64,000 nucleotides of DNA from Alphaproteobacteria bacterium (GTDB lineage Bacteria; Pseudomonadota; Alphaproteobacteria; UBA828), in assembly GCA_965214705.1 (NCBI GenBank), contig OZ243972.1, forward strand, positions 1,280,001-1,344,000, read 5' to 3'. The notes below the pieces were generated by a model. That model did no database searches. It worked only from the letters and a program-made list of their open reading frames with translations, and was not told the DNA's origin. Shown piece by piece: positions 59,311-64,000 of this stretch (its first letter is position 1; each line of letters starts with the position of its first letter). The position numbers and the translations under genes were made by a program.

Positions 59311-62300
59311 TCACAGCTCGAGGCCCATGTCGATGTCGCGCTCCTTCGCCTTGCTGGCTTCGAGCTCCTGCCGGCGGCGTTCGATCTCGGCCTTGTCCGA
59401 TGCCAGGGTGGATTCGATCTTCGCCGAAAGGCGCCTGATCTCGTCATCCGCGCCCGGACGGCGCGAAAAATGCCTGCCGTAGGTCTCGGGGTCGTCGAAG
59501 ATGCGGCGGCAGCCATCTAGGGCGCGGAGGGCGCCATCGCGCCATTCGCCGTAGGCGGGATCCTCGGTGACATGGGCGCTGTTACTGGCAGCAATCGTCG
59601 CGTGCTCTTCGCGCTGCCGGATCGAGGCGGCGGCCGCTGACAGAGCCTGGTCCAGGAAGCGTTCCGCCGTCTTGCGGTTCTCCCGCGTCGCCTCGTCCAG
59701 GACCGCTTCCCTCTCTGGAGGCGGGTGCCGGGGAACATTCTCCGGCGAGGTCGAGACCGAGACCGAGGTCTCGAACTGCTCGCCGATGGCCCTGAGCGCC
59801 GACATCTGCTCTGCAGGCGAAGTCTCCAGGACTTCGATCAGCGCCTCCCGGTCGTCGGTCAGCAGCACCACGTTGTCGCGGGCGCGGGTGAGTTCCACAT
59901 AGAAGGTCGCCTGGTCGGCCACTCCCCCGCGCTCGGTATCCAGGACGGCGATGGCCCGGTCGCATGTGATGCCCTGGGCGGCGTGCACGGTGGACGAGTA
60001 GGCGTGGTCCAGGTGGTGAAGCTGAGGATCGTCGCGGGCCATGACGATCTCGCGGCCGTCCACTGTGCGTATCGTGACGTTCACCCGGCGGATGGACAGC
60101 ACTTCGGCATTCTCACCGTTGATCAGGCCGCGCGTGGAATCGTTGCGGGTCCAGCGCACCCGGTCGCCCGCCTTGAGCACCATCGGCCGGGTCTCGAAGA
60201 GGTCGAGGCGGTAGCGGATATAGCCGGAGGGATCGATGGCGCGCTCCTTGCCGCCGGGCATGGTGAGCACGACGCGCTCGTCTCCGACTTCGGTCACGCA
60301 GCAGGCGTCGCCGGCCTTCGCGCGGACGCCGTAGACGTCATGGTGAAAGACGGCGACATCGCCTTCCCCGTAGTTGGCGATGTCGCCCTTCTGGGAGCGG
60401 GTCAGGTGGAGGTTGACGTAGCGCTCGATCTCCAGCACGGGGCCGTGCAGCACCCCTTCGTCCTCCAGGCCGTGGCGGACGGCTGCGTTGATCTCGGCCC
60501 TGAGCTCGTGCGTGGGCGCCAGAATCGCCGTTCCGGGCCGCAGGTCCGGGTCGAGGTCGAGCCAGAGTTGCGCCGCCTTCCTGCCGAGCTCGTCACCCGC
60601 CGTCTCCAGGACGCCGTTGCCGAGTTCCTCGACCGCCAGGCGCGGCTCGTCCGCCACCATGTGCAGCACGGCCTGGCGCAGGTCCGCGTCGCGCTGGCGC
60701 ACCACCTCGTCCATCCTGGCGGTGGGCATCCCTGCGTCCTGCAGCAGGGCGAAGGGCTGGCCCGCCTCGACCGCGCGCAGCTGCCTCCTGTCGCCGATCA
60801 GCGCGAGGCGCTCGACGCCGGTCTCGGCAGCAATCCGCGTCAACGCCCGCATCTGGGTCGTGCCGACCATCGATGCTTCGTCGAGGATCAGCACCGAGCC
60901 GCCGAGCGCCTTGCGGGCTTCCTCCGTCCTCTCGGGCGAGGCGATGCCGTCGCCCACGTCGCGGTAGCGCGTGAGGAACCATTGCAGCGTGCGGGCCGGG
61001 ATGTCGGCTTCGCCTTCGAGCACGCGCGCGGCGCTCGCCGAAGGGGCGAGGCCGACGATCTGCCGCTCGCCTGCCAACTGCGCGACAGCGCGCAGCATGG
61101 TGGTCTTGCCGGAGCCCGCGTGCCCCTGCACCCCCACCGTCCGGTGAGGCGAGAGCAGGATCGCGCGCACCGCATCGCGCTGGCCGGGGTTCAACCCGGC
61201 CGCGTCGAGCTTAGCCTCAACCGCCCCTGCCGGCGCCAGGCTCCGCCCTGCGTCCAGGCCTACGCGCATGCCGGCGATAATGTCGCGCTCGGCGTTGCGC
61301 GCCCTGTCGGTGACGAAGGCCAGGTCCGCCCTCCGCGCCGTCGCTTCGATCAGGTGTCCGTCGCGCCGGAGCCGGGCGATACCGGCGTCCAGCGCGTCGA
61401 GCGAGTGCCGGCCGCCCCCGTGCGCCAGCGCCCAGGCGCGTAAGTCGTTGGCCGGGATCACGGTGCGCCGTTCCTCCAGGTGCTCCACGGCCTGCCGCAC
61501 CACCGCAAGCGCGGACGGCTGCGCCCGCGGCTCTGGCACGGGGGTTGCCGATGCGCCGATCCCGTTGCGGCCCCTTGCGATGTCCCGGTCGCGCGCCGGG
61601 CCGAGTTCTTGGGCCCGTTCCTGCCAAGTCTCGCGCAGGACCTGCCGGTCAGGCTCGGCCTTGCGCTGCCGTGTGTAAAGCGCCGCCTGCTGTGCTCTCG
61701 CCGGCGTGTTCTCCCAGCCACGCTCCTGCATGTAGTCCAACAACTCGCGGCGGCGGGTCGAGAAGGCGTCCAGCATCGGCTTCTGGTAGCCCGCGATCTC
61801 GAACCCCGGCATCCGCCCCACAAGCGTCGGCACCGTGGCGTAGCCGATCTTCTCGAGCCCCATGCGCAGCTCGTTGCGGTAGTAGGCGCCGATAAGCAGC
61901 TTCGAGCGCTCGACTGCGGTGAACTCGGCGCTCCGCCACTCCCCGTTCCGGCCGCGGGTCATGTTGGCGACCACCGCGTGCGTGTGCAGCTGAGGGTCCA
62001 GATTGCGGCTTGCGAGATGCCGGAAGGTCGCCGCCGCCATGCCATCCGCCTCTACCCTCGGCCTGCGCCCGGTCGCCGGGTCGTAGGTCCGTGTCTGGAA
62101 AAGCTCGGTCTCGATGAAGCCCAACGTTGCGCGCACCGCCTCGTCGTGTGCCTTCACCACACGAGCCCCCGTCTTCGGCGCTGCGTAGACCAGCGCCTCC
62201 AGCGAGACCGACTTGGGCGCCGAGAAGGTCACGTCCACGCCGGGCCTGTGCTGGTGCTCGCCGTCGCGCAGGCGGCCGAGGCGAAGGTCGGTGCCGGGAA

Positions 62301-62490
62301 CATAGCCCGCAAGCAGGTCCTCGAAGCGCTTCGGCTTGACCGGCCCCTTCAGGCCCATCAACGCCGCCGCCTCGCCGCACCAACCGCTCGCCTTGCGGTG
62401 CTCCGGGTCTCCCTTCGCGTAGTAGCCGTCCGCCTCGAAGTAGTGCACCGTCGTGGCGGCGGCCTTCAGGCGGGTGACGGTCGCGACCAT
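59311..62490 (-). CDS. MOBF (TrwC/TraI-like) relaxase-helicase
   Basis: YFEADGYY, DVTFSAPKSVS, H...DPQLHTH, QGHAGSGKTT, DEAS, HAYSSTVHAAQG. Confidence 0.95.
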   Translation of the reverse strand: MVATVTRLKAAATTVHYFEADGYYAKGDPEHRKASGWCGEAAALMGLKGPVKPKRFEDLLAGYVPGTDLRLGRLRDGEHQHRPGVDVTFSAPKSVSLEALVYAAPKTGARVVKAHDEAVRATLGFIETELFQTRTYDPATGRRPRVEADGMAAATFRHLASRNLDPQLHTHAVVANMTRGRNGEWRSAEFTAVERSKLLIGAYYRNELRMGLEKIGYATVPTLVGRMPGFEIAGYQKPMLDAFSTRRRELLDYMQERGWENTPARAQQAALYTRQRKAEPDRQVLRETWQERAQELGPARDRDIARGRNGIGASATPVPEPRAQPSALAVVRQAVEHLEERRTVIPANDLRAWALAHGGGRHSLDALDAGIARLRRDGHLIEATARRADLAFVTDRARNAERDIIAGMRVGLDAGRSLAPAGAVEAKLDAAGLNPGQRDAVRAILLSPHRTVGVQGHAGSGKTTMLRAVAQLAGERQIVGLAPSASAARVLEGEADIPARTLQWFLTRYRDVGDGIASPERTEEARKALGGSVLILDEASMVGTTQMRALTRIAAETGVERLALIGDRRQLRAVEAGQPFALLQDAGMPTARMDEVVRQRDADLRQAVLHMVADEPRLAVEELGNGVLETAGDELGRKAAQLWLDLDPDLRPGTAILAPTHELRAEINAAVRHGLEDEGVLHGPVLEIERYVNLHLTRSQKGDIANYGEGDVAVFHHDVYGVRAKAGDACCVTEVGDERVVLTMPGGKERAIDPSGYIRYRLDLFETRPMVLKAGDRVRWTRNDSTRGLINGENAEVLSIRRVNVTIRTVDGREIVMARDDPQLHHLDHAYSSTVHAAQGITCDRAIAVLDTERGGVADQATFYVELTRARDNVVLLTDDREALIEVLETSPAEQMSALRAIGEQFETSVSVSTSPENVPRHPPPEREAVLDEATRENRKTAERFLDQALSAAAASIRQREEHATIAASNSAHVTEDPAYGEWRDGALRALDGCRRIFDDPETYGRHFSRRPGADDEIRRLSAKIESTLASDKAEIERRRQELEASKAKERDIDMGLEL

Positions 62491-62496
62491 GGTCGG

Positions 62497-62889
62497 CTAG
62501 CCCTCCGCTTCGGGACCGGCATGCTCATCGGGCGGTGCGGGACTCAGGCTCGCCTCTGGGTAGACGGGGATCGTCACCTTCCGCGTTGAACGGATGTTCA
62601 GCCGGCACTCGATGGGCCTGTCCTTCATGCGTGCCAACGATGCGCAGGGGGCAAGCCGAGGCGCGAAGTGCTCCACGACGTGCCGGTTCCACTCGTGGCG
62701 GGGATCGCCGAAGGAGACCACGTCAGTTTCGCGTTGCAGCACCGCGCCGAGTGCGAAGAAGACGAATGCCGCGCCCGCCACGGCGAGACGGAAGCGCCAG
62801 TGCCGCCAACGCAGACTGTGGGAGATGCGGAGCAAGTCGTCGCCGAGGGCGCGGAGCTGTTGGTTGAGCTCCATCGCCGACTGGTTCAT
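62497..62889 (-). CDS. Membrane/coiled-coil protein upstream of the relaxase (frame open to ~63135, start uncertain)
   Basis: Coiled coil plus one TM; co-oriented with relaxase. Confidence 0.5.
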   Translation of the reverse strand: MNQSAMELNQQLRALGDDLLRISHSLRWRHWRFRLAVAGAAFVFFALGAVLQRETDVVSFGDPRHEWNRHVVEHFAPRLAPCASLARMKDRPIECRLNIRSTRKVTIPVYPEASLSPAPPDEHAGPEAEG

Positions 62890-63272
62890 GTCCTCCAGGC
62901 TGTGGGCGGCGATCGCCGACTGCCGGTCCGTGGCGTGGATGCGCTGGTCCAGGGCCTCGCCCTGCGTTTTCAGCGCGGCAGCGGCCCCGGCCAGGGCGCG
63001 CGCTGCCTCGGCCGTCTCGCGGGCCGGTTCTGGCTCGCACTGGAGCGCGTCGATACGGGAAGCGGTAGCCCGAACCGTCGCGAGGATCTCCGCGATGGCG
63101 TCGTCGTGCGCAGTGGGCCGGCCTTTCGGAACGTCTCAAAGGCCCAGCCACTCCTCGGAGAGAAACCAACTCCCCCTACTTGCGTGCTGCCCAAACCGAA
63201 CACATCATATGGTAGCACAACCTTCCGACACTTCCTATTGCGCCCTCCGCCGTGCATGGGTTAGATTCGCAT

Positions 63273-63450
63273 GTCCTCCTAGCTGGGCAGACTTCTGTAC
63301 GCAACATGGGAGTTTTGCTCTATGCCGGGTGTATAGCCAGGCTGAAGTGAATTGCGCGACATTCTTCGCCGGATAACCGGGAGACCCCGGACCGGCGAGC
63401 TAGCCGGTCCGGGGTCTCCCGGTTATCCGGCTCGCTCCAGGTAAGAGGGC
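63273..63450 (+). ncRNA. Probable retron msr-msd ncRNA
   Basis: Imperfect a2/a1 GTCCTCCTA-G / TAAGAGGGC, two msr-like stems, perfect 29-bp hairpin 63368-63431. Confidence 0.7.
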
Positions 63451-63453
63451 TCA

Positions 63454-64000
63454 GTGAGCCATCCGCTTAAGCATCCCAAAGGGGTAAACTTGCTAAAGCG
63501 GGTGGCCCACTCTTTCCGCTCAGATTCTACATACATCCTACCGTCCAGCGCGATCATATTTGTTTGCGGTGGTCCGTTGAATGAAGATTCTATGCGTCGC
63601 CGCTTTTCCGATTACGCCAGTTCGCATCTTCCTGAGCTGCGTCTGTTTCATGCTGAAGATGTAATGGAAGATTATAGCAGCCATGACGAGTCTGACTTTC
63701 AGAATGTTGCAGAGTTCGAAGACATCATGGCTTCGATTTCCAATTGCGTAATTCTTTTCCCAGAAAGCCCCGGCTCGCACGCTGAGTTAGGATATTTTTC
63801 TAGACATGAAGAACTACGCAAGAAGCTTCTCGTAGTGAACAATGCGAGTCTACAAAGCGCAGACAGCTTCATTTCTTTGGGACCAGTAGCGTTAATCGAT
63901 CAGAATTCTGACTTTCGACCGTCTATTCAACTGTCTCCCGACGATCCCGCATTTGACCTTGTGAAGCAGCGTCTGCAGAAGCGGGCGATTGTGAAAAGAA
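63454..64000 (+). CDS. Retron St85/Ec86-type NDT-like effector (partial; absent from ORF track)
   Basis: Own translation from GTG: IFVCGG, FHAED, VILFPESPGSHAELGYF, SFISLGP. Confidence 0.85.
   Translation, partial: MSHPLKHPKGVNLLKRVAHSFRSDSTYILPSSAIIFVCGGPLNEDSMRRRFSDYASSHLPELRLFHAEDVMEDYSSHDESDFQNVAEFEDIMASISNCVILFPESPGSHAELGYFSRHEELRKKLLVVNNASLQSADSFISLGPVALIDQNSDFRPSIQLSPDDPAFDLVKQRLQKRAIVKR

Noticed and set aside
1-64000. tRNA, rRNA, integrase, att sites
   Set aside because: None recognised by eye; element boundaries cannot be set from this window

Overview
GC-rich window, probably alphaproteobacterial (GTTC-N7-GTTC LexA box), that reads as the interior of a conjugative element or mosaic island. 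1-28.6 kb: one minus-strand, largely translationally coupled operon joining a type IVb pilus set (pilN,O,P,Q,R,S, two pilV-like genes, prepilin peptidase) to a Dot/Icm (IncI-like, type IVB) secretion system. It is peppered with a 15-bp quasi-palindromic DNA repeat read in all six frames. 28.7-29.9 kb: RdfS-like excisionase and a frameshifted FseA-like (DUF6499/DUF2285) activator. 30-43 kb: DUF4143 ATPase and an SNF2 helicase/DUF1156 methylase/HEPN-DUF499 restriction-like defence locus with two TA pairs inside. 44-56 kb: imuA-imuB-dnaE2, with dnaE2 split by an IS1634. That IS holds two nested IS1111-type IS110 elements whose bridge-RNA guides match their insertion sites, and an ORF-less group II intron whose EBS1/EBS2 match the IS1634 terminal inverted repeat it occupies. 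56-64 kb: NADAR, truncated MoxR, three RHH paralogues, a MOBF relaxase, and the ncRNA plus NDT-type effector of a probable retron running off the right edge. All family assignments come from motif recognition by eye, not database searches.
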